A stretch of 64,000 nucleotides of DNA, from NCBI GenBank assembly GCA_029862975.1, contig JAOTWP010000001.1, positions 11,676-75,675 of the forward strand, given 5' to 3'. Origin of the DNA: Acidobacteriota bacterium. GTDB lineage: Bacteria; Acidobacteriota; Thermoanaerobaculia; Multivoradales; JAHEKO01. The notes under the pieces are model-generated. The model worked only from the letters and a program-made list of their open reading frames with translations. It was not told the DNA's origin and did not search any database. The first letter of the stretch is position 1. Every line of letters starts with the position of its first letter. Position numbers and translations under genes: made by a program. Shown one piece after another: positions 1-9,663 of this stretch.

Positions 1-1
1 G

Positions 2-1219
2 ACCGCGGGCGATGCCGAGGGCGCGATCGAGGCGCTCGGCCGCGAGTCGTTCGACCTCGTGCTCACCGACCTCAAGCTGCCCCAGGCCTCCGGGCTCGCG
101 GTCGTCGCCGCCAGCCGGCGGACGCAACCGGCTGTCCCGGTGGTGGTTCTCACGGCGTTCGGCACCGTCGAGACCGCGGTCGAGGCGATGAAGCAGGGGG
201 CCTGCGACTTCCTCGAGAAACCGGTCGAAGTGGCCGATCTGCTCGAGCTCGTCGCCGCCCTGGTCGACGGCGTGGCCGCCGAGCACGAGTTCACGAGCCC
301 GGGCGGCACGCGGATCGTCGGCGGTCATCCTCGGCTGCGCGTGGCGCTGCGGCTGCTCGCCCGCGTCGCGCCGACCGAGAGCACGGTGCTTCTGACCGGC
401 GAGAGCGGCACCGGCAAGGAGCTCTTCGCACGGGCGCTGCACGAGCTCTCCGCGCGGCGAACGGGACCCTTCGTGGCGGTGAACTGCGCGGCCATCCCGG
501 AGCCCCTCGTCGAGAACGAGCTGTTCGGGCACGAGCGGGGATCGTTCACGGGAGCGCATCGCCGGCAACCGGGCCGCTTCGAGGTGGCCGCCGGCGGCAC
601 CCTTTTTCTCGACGAGATCGGCGATCTCGGGCTCGCCGTCCAGAGCAAGGTCCTGCGGGCGCTCGACGAGAGGACCTTCGAGCGCGTGGGCGGCCGCCGG
701 ACGCTGGCCGCCGACGTGCGCCTCGTCGCGGCCACCAACCGGGATCTCGCGGCGATGGTGGCCGCGGGCGAGTTCCGGTCGGATCTCTTCTTCCGGCTCG
801 ACGTCTTCCCGATCGAGCTGCCGCCGCTGCGGGAGCGGGGCGGAGACGTCGGCTCGCTGGCCCGCCATCTGCTGGCACGCCTGGCGGCGCGCCAGGGCCG
901 GCCGGCGCCGCGGCTGACCGGCGGAGCCGTCGAGCTGCTCGCGGCCCAGCCCTGGCCGGGCAACGTCCGCCAGCTGGCGAACCTGCTCGAGCGGGCGCTC
1001 ATTCTCGACGACGGGCCCGTCTTGACCGCCGCCGGCCTGCGCGGCCTCCTCGGCCCGGGGGCCGAGGACGAAGAGCGGCGAGCGGTGCGGGAGGCGCTCG
1101 CCGAGACCGGCGGCGACCGGCGCGCGGCGGCCGCCGTCCTGGGCGTCAGCTACCGCACCCTCATGCGGCGGGTACGCACCTACGAGCTCGAGGGCTACCC
1201 GAAGTACCGCAGCGACTAG
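2..1219 (+). CDS. sigma-54-dependent response regulator (NtrC/PilR-like enhancer-binding protein), 5' end outside window
   Basis: The frame is open from the window edge and starts inside a receiver domain (..[11 protein letters not shown]..). AAA+ Walker A GESGTGKE. Sigma-54 contact loop GSFTGA (GAFTGA variant). C-terminal Fis-type HTH ([16 protein letters not shown]). Stop TAG at 1217-1219. Confidence 0.9.
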   Translation, partial: TAGDAEGAIEALGRESFDLVLTDLKLPQASGLAVVAASRRTQPAVPVVVLTAFGTVETAVEAMKQGACDFLEKPVEVADLLELVAALVDGVAAEHEFTSPGGTRIVGGHPRLRVALRLLARVAPTESTVLLTGESGTGKELFARALHELSARRTGPFVAVNCAAIPEPLVENELFGHERGSFTGAHRRQPGRFEVAAGGTLFLDEIGDLGLAVQSKVLRALDERTFERVGGRRTLAADVRLVAATNRDLAAMVAAGEFRSDLFFRLDVFPIELPPLRERGGDVGSLARHLLARLAARQGRPAPRLTGGAVELLAAQPWPGNVRQLANLLERALILDDGPVLTAAGLRGLLGPGAEDEERRAVREALAETGGDRRAAAAVLGVSYRTLMRRVRTYELEGYPKYRSD

Positions 1220-1234
1220 CCGGCTCGGCTCCGC

Positions 1235-1954
1235 TCAGCTGCCGTCCAGCTCCGCTTCGGGTCGCTCTTCGGGACCGCCGACGTCGAGATCGAGGCTCCT
1301 GACGACCATGCGGGTTGCCGCGATGGTGAAGACGTCGCGGAACTGGGCTCGGAACGTCGTGCTCTCGCCGGGCCGTAGCGACGTCGTCGCCGGGGTCACC
1401 GTCTGGGTGCCCGCGAGGGCGCCGCCGTCGGCGAAGACGGAGATCTCGAGCGAGATGCCCGCGGCAAACGAGTTGCCGTCGTTGCGCAGGGTGCCGAAGA
1501 CGACCCGGCCGTCGCCGTCTTCCGGGTCTTCCTCGTCCCAGGCGATCACGCGCACCGGGCTTGCCGCCGGCGCGCCCGCGGCGGCTCCGGCCTCGTCCTC
1601 TTCCGCGTCCCCCGTCGGCTCGTCGAGCGCCGGGTCCGGCGCCGGCTCGACGTGGGCCACGTCGGCGTCCGTGATGACGATCTTCGCCGTGGGCCTCGGG
1701 GCCGCGGGCGCGGTGGTGCCCGAGCCGACGCCAGGGGCCGGAGCGTTGCGCCGCTCGGTGGCCTCGAAGTCGACGTCCTCGGACCGCAAGGCGGACAGCT
1801 GCCCGTTGGCCAGGGTGAACACCACCATCTTCCCCTGCCGCTGCCAGGGTCCGCGGGTCGCGATCTCGGTGCCGTCCACGGTCACGAGGATCTCGGCACC
1901 GGCGGTGAGCGCCGCCGCCCACGCGAGCAGGACATAGGGGTAGATGCGTCGCAT
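1235..1954 (-). CDS. secreted two-domain hypothetical protein, last gene of the minor-pilin operon (non-pilin)
   Basis: ATG at 1954 preceded by AAAGGAG. Signal-peptide-like N-terminus [20 protein letters not shown]. Small N-domain, an Ala/Pro/Asp/Glu-rich linker, and a beta-rich C-domain. No prepilin motif. This is the tail of track ORF 1235..4390; the upstream part of that ORF is antisense noise over pilY1. Confidence 0.7.
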   Translation of the reverse strand: MRRIYPYVLLAWAAALTAGAEILVTVDGTEIATRGPWQRQGKMVVFTLANGQLSALRSEDVDFEATERRNAPAPGVGSGTTAPAAPRPTAKIVITDADVAHVEPAPDPALDEPTGDAEEDEAGAAAGAPAASPVRVIAWDEEDPEDGDGRVVFGTLRNDGNSFAAGISLEISVFADGGALAGTQTVTPATTSLRPGESTTFRAQFRDVFTIAATRMVVRSLDLDVGGPEERPEAELDGS

Positions 1955-1998
1955 GCCTGGCTCCTTTCCCGGAAGGCCTCTGTCCGGCCGTCGCCGCC

Positions 1999-4900
1999 CT
2001 AGAACTCGCGGAAGCTCTTTTCTACCACGCAGATCGGGACCGGCGCGATGAAGTCGATGTTCGTTCCGGAGTTCCTCGTCTTGACGTCGATGCGGTAGCC
2101 CGGCGGGAAGGTGCAGTTCTCGGGGAACTGCTCCTTCAGGCGATCGCGGATGTACTCGAGGTGGGCGGAGAGGTCGTCGATCACGTCCTGGTCGACGTCC
2201 GGCGGCGGGTTCTTGGTCTGCGACTGCTCCGTGAACGGCGACGACACGAGTCCGGACACGCTCACGAAGCGAACGAGGTCGCTCGGGTCGCCGATGTCGG
2301 GGTCGTCCGTCAGGAGCCCGTCGGCGTTGGAGGTGAAGACGCCGTAGATGTTGCTGAGCCCCTTCTCCCGGCACAGGGAGTCCTCCGGAATCACCTCGGG
2401 ACCGTCGGGATCCGGGATGAAGGTCGAGAAGAAGAGGATGCCGGACAGAGCGAAGGGCTCGGTCACGACCCGCTCGTTGACGGCGAGCTCGAGCCACCAG
2501 CCCTCGCCGGGCTGGAGCAGATCCACCTGCTCGAGCCGGGGCGACGTCGGCGTCAGCGCCGTCAGGCCCGAGGACGACTCCGAGAAGGGGACGAACGAGG
2601 GCGACAGGATCTCGGAGTGCTCGACGTCGTCGACGAAGACGAAGAAGCGGCCCGACGGCTCGGTGCGTCCGAAGATGTTCTCGCGGTCCCCGGTGCCGAC
2701 GGCGATGGCGTACTGGTTGAACTTGGGCAGATAAGCGACCGACGGCCGGAAGAAGATCGGCCGGACCACCGGCGGGATCGTCGGCGGGTCGGTCGGCGCG
2801 TCGTTGGCGTCGAGAAGCACCCGGGGCGCGAAATCCGGGTCGACGATCCGCTCGAGATCGCGCGCCACGACGGTGCCGTCGTACGCGGTCTCGGTGATCG
2901 AGACGGTCTCGATCTGCGGGTACTTGGGGGGGGTGACCGCGCCGCCGTCGCCGTCGTCGTCGTAGGCTGCGAGCGTCGCGCGGTAGAGCAGGCCGAGGGA
3001 GGTGCCGACGTAGATGGTGTCGATGTAGCCGTCGAAGTCCTTGTCGACCGCCGCCGGCTCGCCCGCCACCGCGCCGAGGACGTTGAACTTGTAGATGGCC
3101 TCGCCGGTCTCGATGTCGATCATGTAGAGGTAGTTGCCGCGCAGGAACGGGCTCTTCGGATCGTAACCGCCTCCGACGACGGCGACGTAGCGGTCCTCGA
3201 GCGTCGGAGCGGCCGAGGAGCAGGACTCGGTGCACACCTGGATGCGCCCGAGGCTCGGATTCGACCAGGCGAACGCCAGGTCGACGTGCCCGTTGTCGTC
3301 CTCGTCGAGCCGTACCCCCTCGACCGTGTCGCGGAACTCCCACAGCGGGGCCGCGAAGGCGATGGGTCCGCAATCCGGGTCGATCGGGGTCACGCCGTCG
3401 GCCGTCCGGAGGCAGGACGGAGGCTCGACGCCCACCGCCTGGGGGATCGGCGGCCGGGTCTCGCCGGGCGGCACGATCTCGAGGGGATCCGGCAGGGTCA
3501 GGTCGAGGGCGTAGTAGCCGGACGCGGCCTGGTTGGTCGGTAGCACGGAGTCGTTCGGGTTGGCGTCGGCGGGGCTCGTGATGTCGCCGATCCCCTCGGG
3601 CACGAGGTTGCCGCCCTCGCGCAGGCCGCCGACGAGGACGGTGCGCCACTCGCGAGCGTCCGGGTCCGGTCCCAGCGGCGGCGGAACGAGAGCGCCGGCG
3701 TGCACCGGGTCGATGAAGACGTCGGCCGCCTGCGTGCGCCCGTCCGTCGCGTACCGGTGCCGCGGCACCGTGTCGAGGGCGAGCTGGCTCATCGTGGGCA
3801 TCGCCGTCCGCGGCACGAAGCCGAACAGCTCGCGGCCGCTGCCGTTGTCGAACAGACAGGGCCGGGGATCCTCGCGGATGAGATCGCGGCAGACCCCGGC
3901 GTCGATGCCGTGCACGATCCCGGAGTTGGTGGCGAAGAGCAGGACGCGGCGCCGGAACGAGTGGTCGAAGGCGAAGTCCCGATAGCCGTCCAAGTCGGCG
4001 AAGAAGTAGAAGAGGTTGTTCGGCGATCCGAGCAGCAGCGGGTCGGAGTGGAAGATGTCGCCGAGCACGTAGTCGATGGCGACGGGGAAGTCCTCGTTGA
4101 CGGGCGTCGTCTTGACGCTCAACGTGTAGTCGATGATGTCGTTGGCGTCGTCGCGCGCGGCGTCGAACGTCGACGGCTCGAGCGGGTCGAAATCGAGGTC
4201 GAAGCCGCGCCAGAGGTCGAACTCCTGAGCCGGCGGCGTCGTGCCGTCCTCCGTTTCCTCGAGGAAGTGGCGGACCCTGGGCACGCCGATGCCGTTCTCC
4301 CCGTAGTAGATGCGGCGCTGGCTGGCGAGGTCGCCGACCGGGTCCGAGGGGTCGATCTGCTCGGCGAGGATGACCTCTCCGGCCTCCCACAGCAGGCAGG
4401 CCGAGGGATCGTCGTTCGGATCCTCGAGATCGTCAGGCGGGCAGACGATCGAGATGTCGGGCTTGTTCTCGTCGTCGACCGGCAGGGGCTTCAAGAAGGC
4501 GTTGACCCGTCCCCACCAGGTGGAGCGCTCGGGCACCGGAGTGAAGTCGCTCAGGAAGACCTTGTCGGCTGCTTCCGCCTGCACCGACGGCACGGCGGCC
4601 GTCGAGAAGCTGGACGGCGCCGGCTTGATCTGGTCGAGGATGGAGACGAGGGCGTCCACGAGCTCGTCCTGGTTCTGCGGGTAGATGACTCCCGGGCCGT
4701 CCTCGCTGTCGATCTCGCCGTCGAGGTCGTAGTCCTCGTCCCCGGTGCCGCCGGTCGACGCCATGCAGCGCAGCGAGCGGTTCACCCGCGCCGGGTTCGG
4801 GGCCGGCCAGCCGTCGGCCGGAATCGACGGGTCGTCGCTGGGGATGCACAGCGGCTCGCCGTCGCCGGCGCAGCAGTCCACGTTGGGCTGTTCCTCGGGG

Positions 4901-6375
4901 TCTCCGGTGCAGCGCGGCAGGAACGGCGTGTGCGGCGCGACGCCGAACGCGACGACGAAAGTCTTGATCCCGAGATCGTCGAACAGCTCCGCGGTGCCCT
5001 CGTCCGCGCACGGATCGTCGCCGTCGCAGTCGCTCTGGTTGCCGTCCGTGATGATGACGAGGTAGGTGCGGCGGCAGTAGAAGCTGGGATCGTTTTCCGC
5101 CGCCGCCTCGAGCCAGCTCCCGGGACCCGCGACGAAGTCGAAGAACGAACCGACCGACGTGCCGATGGGCGTCGCGCCGAAGGCCATGATGGGCCGGGCC
5201 CTCTCGTCCTTGAGGTGCAGCTCGTCGCTCGGGTTCACGATGTCTTCGAAGTACGTCGCGATCCGGAAATCGGGAACCGTGTCGCCCAGCGCCAGATTGG
5301 GCGCCAGGCGCTCGAGCAGCTTCTGCTGGTTGCTGTCGCGCCAGTCCATCGGGAGCACGTCTCCGACGTCGAGCAGGGGCGAGAAAGAGCCGTCGGGCAC
5401 CGTCGGCCAGCGGGCGTTGTAGCCGCTGTAGATGTCGGCGGGGGTGTCGGTGTTGGCGTCCCAGTTCACGCAGGTGTTGGTGGCGGGGCTGTCGCTCGCC
5501 GTGCCCTGGGTGAAGAAGCCCGCCTGCAGGGGGCCGCGGTCGGTCGTGAACTCCCAGTAGCCGTAGTCCGTCACGAGATCGAAGTCGACGTCCTCGTGAG
5601 TCTCGCCGGTGGTCGAAGAGCAGCTGTCGTTGGTGCACAGGGCCTGGTAGACGCGCACCGTGATGGTCGGCGATCCGAGGTCGGCCGCGCCGCGGTCCTC
5701 GATGCGGATCCGATACCGCGACCCGCCCGCGCGCACGAAGTAGGTCGTGCGCCCGGCGACGCCGTCGTTGTCGCCGTCGCTGGGGAAGGCGTCGCTCTCC
5801 TTGGGCAGGGCGGCGACCCGCTGGTTCTCCCACGGGTCGATCAGATCGGCCGGGGTGTAGCCCGAGCAGCCGATGTTGGCGTCTGCGCCCGAGCCCGTGG
5901 TGCACCGCCAGCCCTGACCGAACGAGTGCAGGTCGCCGACGGCCGGATAGGGCCCCCAGCCGGGGATCGTCGGGCCGCCTTCGGCCGCCGCGTAGAGCCA
6001 GTGCTTGCGCCGCAGCCGCAGGCTGTCCTGGTTGAAGGTCGCAAACCCGACGTTGATGTCCTCGGTCTGGGAGATCACGTTGTAGATCGCTTCTTTGGCC
6101 TGGTAGAACTTGGAGCTCGGGTGGTCGGCGTTGGCGGGGACCCAGCAGTCGCCCGAGGGGCACAGGTAGTCGCACTCGCCGGCGTCGAAGTCCTCCTGCA
6201 GGCATTGCGCGCTCCAGTGCATCGAGCCGGACGTGTCGAAGAGGAAGAAGACGGTCGGGATCTCCTCGAATCCGGTGATGAGGCGGCGGTCGTCGGCCCC
6301 GGCCGTGGCGACCAGTCCGAGCGTCAGGAGGCAGGCGAGGGCGAAGCCCAGGGAGGAGTTCGAGTGTCGGGTCAT
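1999..6375 (-). CDS. pilY1: PilY1-like type IV pilus tip-associated adhesin with N-terminal vWA/MIDAS domain
   Basis: Signal peptide, MIDAS-like FLFDTSGSMHW, and a PilY1-type C-terminal propeller-like region (LLFATNSGIVHGIDAG). Sits after pilX/pilW/pilV-like genes. ATG at 6375 with GGAG 7 nt upstream is preferred over the TTG at 6387 given by the track. Confidence 0.85.
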   Translation of the reverse strand: MTRHSNSSLGFALACLLTLGLVATAGADDRRLITGFEEIPTVFFLFDTSGSMHWSAQCLQEDFDAGECDYLCPSGDCWVPANADHPSSKFYQAKEAIYNVISQTEDINVGFATFNQDSLRLRRKHWLYAAAEGGPTIPGWGPYPAVGDLHSFGQGWRCTTGSGADANIGCSGYTPADLIDPWENQRVAALPKESDAFPSDGDNDGVAGRTTYFVRAGGSRYRIRIEDRGAADLGSPTITVRVYQALCTNDSCSSTTGETHEDVDFDLVTDYGYWEFTTDRGPLQAGFFTQGTASDSPATNTCVNWDANTDTPADIYSGYNARWPTVPDGSFSPLLDVGDVLPMDWRDSNQQKLLERLAPNLALGDTVPDFRIATYFEDIVNPSDELHLKDERARPIMAFGATPIGTSVGSFFDFVAGPGSWLEAAAENDPSFYCRRTYLVIITDGNQSDCDGDDPCADEGTAELFDDLGIKTFVVAFGVAPHTPFLPRCTGDPEEQPNVDCCAGDGEPLCIPSDDPSIPADGWPAPNPARVNRSLRCMASTGGTGDEDYDLDGEIDSEDGPGVIYPQNQDELVDALVSILDQIKPAPSSFSTAAVPSVQAEAADKVFLSDFTPVPERSTWWGRVNAFLKPLPVDDENKPDISIVCPPDDLEDPNDDPSACLLWEAGEVILAEQIDPSDPVGDLASQRRIYYGENGIGVPRVRHFLEETEDGTTPPAQEFDLWRGFDLDFDPLEPSTFDAARDDANDIIDYTLSVKTTPVNEDFPVAIDYVLGDIFHSDPLLLGSPNNLFYFFADLDGYRDFAFDHSFRRRVLLFATNSGIVHGIDAGVCRDLIREDPRPCLFDNGSGRELFGFVPRTAMPTMSQLALDTVPRHRYATDGRTQAADVFIDPVHAGALVPPPLGPDPDAREWRTVLVGGLREGGNLVPEGIGDITSPADANPNDSVLPTNQAASGYYALDLTLPDPLEIVPPGETRPPIPQAVGVEPPSCLRTADGVTPIDPDCGPIAFAAPLWEFRDTVEGVRLDEDDNGHVDLAFAWSNPSLGRIQVCTESCSSAAPTLEDRYVAVVGGGYDPKSPFLRGNYLYMIDIETGEAIYKFNVLGAVAGEPAAVDKDFDGYIDTIYVGTSLGLLYRATLAAYDDDGDGGAVTPPKYPQIETVSITETAYDGTVVARDLERIVDPDFAPRVLLDANDAPTDPPTIPPVVRPIFFRPSVAYLPKFNQYAIAVGTGDRENIFGRTEPSGRFFVFVDDVEHSEILSPSFVPFSESSSGLTALTPTSPRLEQVDLLQPGEGWWLELAVNERVVTEPFALSGILFFSTFIPDPDGPEVIPEDSLCREKGLSNIYGVFTSNADGLLTDDPDIGDPSDLVRFVSVSGLVSSPFTEQSQTKNPPPDVDQDVIDDLSAHLEYIRDRLKEQFPENCTFPPGYRIDVKTRNSGTNIDFIAPVPICVVEKSFREF

Positions 6376-6403
6376 GGGAGTCTCCAAGGTAGCGAGCTGC
6401 AGC

Positions 6404-6970
6404 CTAGAGGGCCGCTTTCTCGGCCAGCTCCTCCGTGGGCATCTGGGCCAGGGGGAAGAGCGAGCTGACGGGCACGCGCCACGGCTGCACGTCCATCGTG
6501 GCCGCCACCCGCCGCAGGGCGATGGCGTTGCCCAGCGTCTGCCGCTGGCCGCGGGTCGGCAGCAGGATGTTGCCGCGCTGGTAGGAGCTGTCGCGGTAGG
6601 AGCCGGCGTTGTTGATCTCGCACAGGTTGCAGGGAGCCACCTGCGTGGGCATCAACGGCCCCACGCTGACGCGGCTGCGGACCAGTGGGCTGGCGGCGCC
6701 CGGCGCCTCGTTGAGGATGTAGCTGTTGTTCTCGTCGTTGCCGACGTCGTAGTAGTAGTCGCTGCTGACGAGGACCCGCGCCGCGGCGATGCCGATGCCG
6801 GCGTCCGTGGCGTAGAAGACCCGCTCGAGGATGCGCTCGTTGGCGCCGATCTGGCTCTCCGTGCCGGTGACCAGGGCGAGGGAGAGACCGAGCAGGGTCA
6901 TGATGACGAGCAGCAGCAGGGTCACGAGGTAGGCGCTGCCCGCTTGGGGGAGTGGTCGGCGTGCCGGCAT
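6404..6970 (-). CDS. PilX-like minor pilin / pilus assembly protein
   Basis: N-terminus MPARRPLPQAGSAYLVTLLLLVIMTLLGLSLAL (hydrophobic pilin-like helix, PilX_N-like). Its start overlaps the stop of the upstream pilW-like gene (TGATG). Position between pilW-like and pilY1-like genes. Confidence 0.7.
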   Translation of the reverse strand: MPARRPLPQAGSAYLVTLLLLVIMTLLGLSLALVTGTESQIGANERILERVFYATDAGIGIAAARVLVSSDYYYDVGNDENNSYILNEAPGAASPLVRSRVSVGPLMPTQVAPCNLCEINNAGSYRDSSYQRGNILLPTRGQRQTLGNAIALRRVAATMDVQPWRVPVSSLFPLAQMPTEELAEKAAL

Positions 6971-8400
6971 CAGAGGTTCCTCAGGTCGATGATCGTGGTC
7001 AGTTGGAGGCGGCGGTACTGCCGGCCCTCGGAGCCGTTGATCGCCTTGGGGTCGCTCGGCGCCGGGGGGTAGGCGCGGTCTTCGATGGCGGTGATCAGCG
7101 GCGCCTGGTAGCCGCGGTCCGCGCTGGCGGTGAGGCTCAAGGTGGTCACCCGGGCGTAGTACAGCCGGGGCCTGGGCTGCGAGGCGGTGAAGGCCGGTGG
7201 GGTCGATCCCGAGGCCGGATTCGGCGTCCAGGGCAGGTTGCCGAGGTTCTCCTCGTCGGCGGGGTCGTTGAAGAGCCAGTCGTCGAGGTCGCTGCTCGTG
7301 CTCGGCACCAGCTCGCCGTCGACGATGAGGTCGTCGTTGCCGATGTTGTCGGGATCGAAGGCGAAGAAGCCGTTGAACGAGTTGGTGCCGTCGAAGCTGG
7401 AGTCGAATCCCAGGGCGACCTGCAGGTCGTAGACGTTGCTGGCCAGATCCTGCCTCCAGCCGCCGTTCGGATGCGGGGCGTCGGTTCCCGGGAAGAACCG
7501 GCCGACGGCGAGGCGGGGCGCGACCTCGCCTTCCAGGCCCTCGGGGTCGCGGATGTAGTAGCGGTACTCCTCGAGCAGGGCGACGGAGCCCACCCCCTCG
7601 AGATCGCGCACCGGCACCCACTCCGGGGGCGTCGGGGGCAGCACGTTGGGGTCCGGGAAGACGCCGTCGGCGGAGAGCAGACCGTACTCGGTGGTATAGG
7701 TGCCGCCGCGGTTCTTGTAGCCGATGACGATGTCGAAGACCGCCGCCGGGTCGGGGTCGAAGAGGCTGACGTCCGAGGTGGTGGGATCGAGCTCGGCGAC
7801 GCCATAGACGAGGTCGCTGAGCGAGCTCGTGATCAGGAGAGCGTCGGGGCGGTCGTCGTCGACGGCGTCGACGAGCGCGCTGAGGTCCTGGGGCACCCCG
7901 CCCGGGCTGCGACTCGAGATGGTGATGGTGCCGCCGTTGCCGGCCACCACGAACGTGGAGGGGTCGGTCGAGTTGACGAAGGCGGGCGGCGACTCGAAGT
8001 GGCCGCGCACCGTCAGGACGTCGGTGTCCAGAGCCACGAGGGGGGAGCTGTCGTCGCCGATCACGAGCCGCTGCTGGGCGGCGGGCACGTTGTTGCGCAC
8101 GGTGATGGCCGGAGTGACGGACGCCGGGCCGGACGTCGCCGTGAAGCCCGCGACGGCAAAGCCGGCGAGACCGCCGCGGCCGGCCATGCGGACCGTTCCG
8201 AGCAGCTCGCGCTGCGCCACGCGCGCCGACTGCTGGAGGTCGGATTGGTGGAGCTGCGCGCGCGACAGCTTGTTGGTGTAGTTGAACAGGGTGAGCGCGC
8301 CGCCCAGCACGAGGGCCACCAGGAGCATCGAGACGAGCAGCTCGACCAGGGAGAAGCCGGCCTGCCGAAGGGCCCTCGGATCGCCGCCGCGGCCGCCCAT
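6970..8400 (-). CDS. PilW-like type IV minor pilin
   Basis: Prepilin N-terminus RQAGFSLVELLVSMLLVALVLGG (G|FSLVE with Glu5). Size of about 476 aa and position are typical of PilW. Confidence 0.8.
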   Translation of the reverse strand: MGGRGGDPRALRQAGFSLVELLVSMLLVALVLGGALTLFNYTNKLSRAQLHQSDLQQSARVAQRELLGTVRMAGRGGLAGFAVAGFTATSGPASVTPAITVRNNVPAAQQRLVIGDDSSPLVALDTDVLTVRGHFESPPAFVNSTDPSTFVVAGNGGTITISSRSPGGVPQDLSALVDAVDDDRPDALLITSSLSDLVYGVAELDPTTSDVSLFDPDPAAVFDIVIGYKNRGGTYTTEYGLLSADGVFPDPNVLPPTPPEWVPVRDLEGVGSVALLEEYRYYIRDPEGLEGEVAPRLAVGRFFPGTDAPHPNGGWRQDLASNVYDLQVALGFDSSFDGTNSFNGFFAFDPDNIGNDDLIVDGELVPSTSSDLDDWLFNDPADEENLGNLPWTPNPASGSTPPAFTASQPRPRLYYARVTTLSLTASADRGYQAPLITAIEDRAYPPAPSDPKAINGSEGRQYRRLQLTTIIDLRNL

Positions 8401-8401
8401 C

Positions 8402-8986
8402 TCAGAAGCCCCTCAGGTTGACGAGATCGACCCGGCGCCCCTTGCCGAGCGGGCTGTCCGGCGTCCGCTGGCCTTCCGTCGTGACGACCAGCTGGCGGAT
8501 GTGGACGAACGCGTCGAGCTGGTCGTCGGCGGCGGCGTAGCCGGGGATCGGGTTCGTGAAGGTCGGAGTCCCGCTCGCCGTGTCCGCGTCGTAGATGTCG
8601 CGAATGCTGAACTGCTGAATGGTCGTCTGCCGGGTCCAGGTCGGCGTCCCGGCCGGATCCGCGCTGCAGGGATCACGGAGGGTCCAGCCCGTCCCCGCCT
8701 CGTAGTCCTCGCAGGTCTCGCGGCTGAGCTCCGAGACCACCGGCCGCAGCGCCTCGCGGTCGAGGGGCAGCGAGATCATCTCCTCCGACGTCGAGCGCGC
8801 GTAGTTGGACGACAGGGTCGACTCCTTGCCCGCCACGTTCTGGATGATCGACCGGGTGAAAAGCGGCATGATCCCCAGGGTGATGACCATCACCAGGGCG
8901 GCCGCGAGGAGACCTTCGAGAAGCGAGAAGCCCGCCTGGCGCAGCGCCGGGCGGTTCCTGCAGGGGTGCGAGTCGTCACGGCTCAT
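8402..8986 (-). CDS. PilV-like type IV minor pilin
   Basis: Prepilin motif RQAGFSLLEGLLAAALVMVITLG. ATGA overlap with the upstream gene. Tail of track ORF 8402..9652. Confidence 0.75.
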   Translation of the reverse strand: MSRDDSHPCRNRPALRQAGFSLLEGLLAAALVMVITLGIMPLFTRSIIQNVAGKESTLSSNYARSTSEEMISLPLDREALRPVVSELSRETCEDYEAGTGWTLRDPCSADPAGTPTWTRQTTIQQFSIRDIYDADTASGTPTFTNPIPGYAAADDQLDAFVHIRQLVVTTEGQRTPDSPLGKGRRVDLVNLRGF

Positions 8987-9567
8987 CCGCCTTCCTCCCA
9001 ATCTGTGTCGACGTCGGGACCCACGAACGTGCGGATCACCATCCTCGCCGTCGTGGCCGGGTCGACCCGGACCTCGACGAAATGCCCGTTCGAGTTGGCC
9101 AGCCGAAAGGCGCCGCGATTGTCCGCGCTGCCGCCGGCGCCGAAGATGACCCAGCCCCCCGTGGCGTCCTCCTGGAAGCCATCGGCGCTGGGATCGCCGC
9201 CATTGCCGTCCACCGCCTCCGGCCCGCCCGGCGCCGGGTCGGTGGGCCCCTGCAGGTCCACGCCGCCCTCGAGCAGGAACCAGTTGACGATCGTCCCGGT
9301 GTTGGGATCGTCGCCCTGGAAGACCTCGATCCGGTTGGGGTAGCGGCCCATGACTCCGTAGTCGCGGGTCTCGGAGATGGCCTTGTAGCGCGCCGCGCGC
9401 ATGGCGGAGATCAGCTCGCGGCCGGCCTGCTTGAGCTTGATCTCCTGGGCGATCTCCCACAACGCCGGCGCGCCGACCGCCGTCAGGATCCCGATGATGG
9501 CCACGATGAGAATGAGCTCGGCGAGGGTGAAGCCGCGGCGATCGTTTCGAATGCGGGCTCGAGGCAT
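8983..9567 (-). CDS. FimT/FimU (GspH)-like type IV minor pilin, first gene of the minor-pilin operon
   Basis: MPRARIRNDRRGFTLAELILIVAIIGILTAVGAP prepilin motif. ATG at 9567 preceded by GGAGGA. GspH-like RELISAMRAARYKAI segment. Confidence 0.8.
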   Translation of the reverse strand: MPRARIRNDRRGFTLAELILIVAIIGILTAVGAPALWEIAQEIKLKQAGRELISAMRAARYKAISETRDYGVMGRYPNRIEVFQGDDPNTGTIVNWFLLEGGVDLQGPTDPAPGGPEAVDGNGGDPSADGFQEDATGGWVIFGAGGSADNRGAFRLANSNGHFVEVRVDPATTARMVIRTFVGPDVDTDWEEGG

Positions 9568-9577
9568 CGTGTCCTCC

Positions 9578-9611
9578 GGTCTTGAGTGGCGGGCGGTCTT
9601 GAGTGGCGGGC
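9578..9611 (-). repeat. perfect 17-bp tandem duplication (GGTCTTGAGTGGCGGGC x2 on + strand) in the 5' leader of the minor-pilin operon
   Basis: Read directly: units at 9578-9594 and 9595-9611. They lie 11-44 nt upstream of the fimT-like ATG and immediately 5' of the SD. Confidence 0.9.
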
Positions 9612-9647
9612 GCCGGGGCGCGGGCGAGCGCCAGCCGTTGGAGATAG

Positions 9648-9663
9648 AGCAAGGCGTGTACCA
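9648..9663 (-). promoter_or_regulatory. candidate sigma-54 (-24/-12) promoter of the minor-pilin operon
   Basis: Minus strand reads TGGTAC-ACGCC-TTGCT, with GG and GC at consensus spacing (consensus TGGCAC-N5-TTGCW). Lies about 80-95 nt upstream of the fimT-like ATG. Confidence 0.55.

Noticed and set aside
1955-4390. Upstream two-thirds of track ORF 1235..4390 (-), and the analogous upstream extensions of ORFs 6404..7621, 8402..9652, 8983..9693, 9758..12067, 13303..16164, 20774..22939, 27497..29080, 28489..30981, 29367..31664 and 30389..31894.
   Set aside because: Only the 3' portions translate into recognisable proteins with sensible N-termini (signal peptides, prepilin motifs, GTGA-coupled starts). 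The 5' extensions overlap the upstream real genes in another frame and look like compositional noise.
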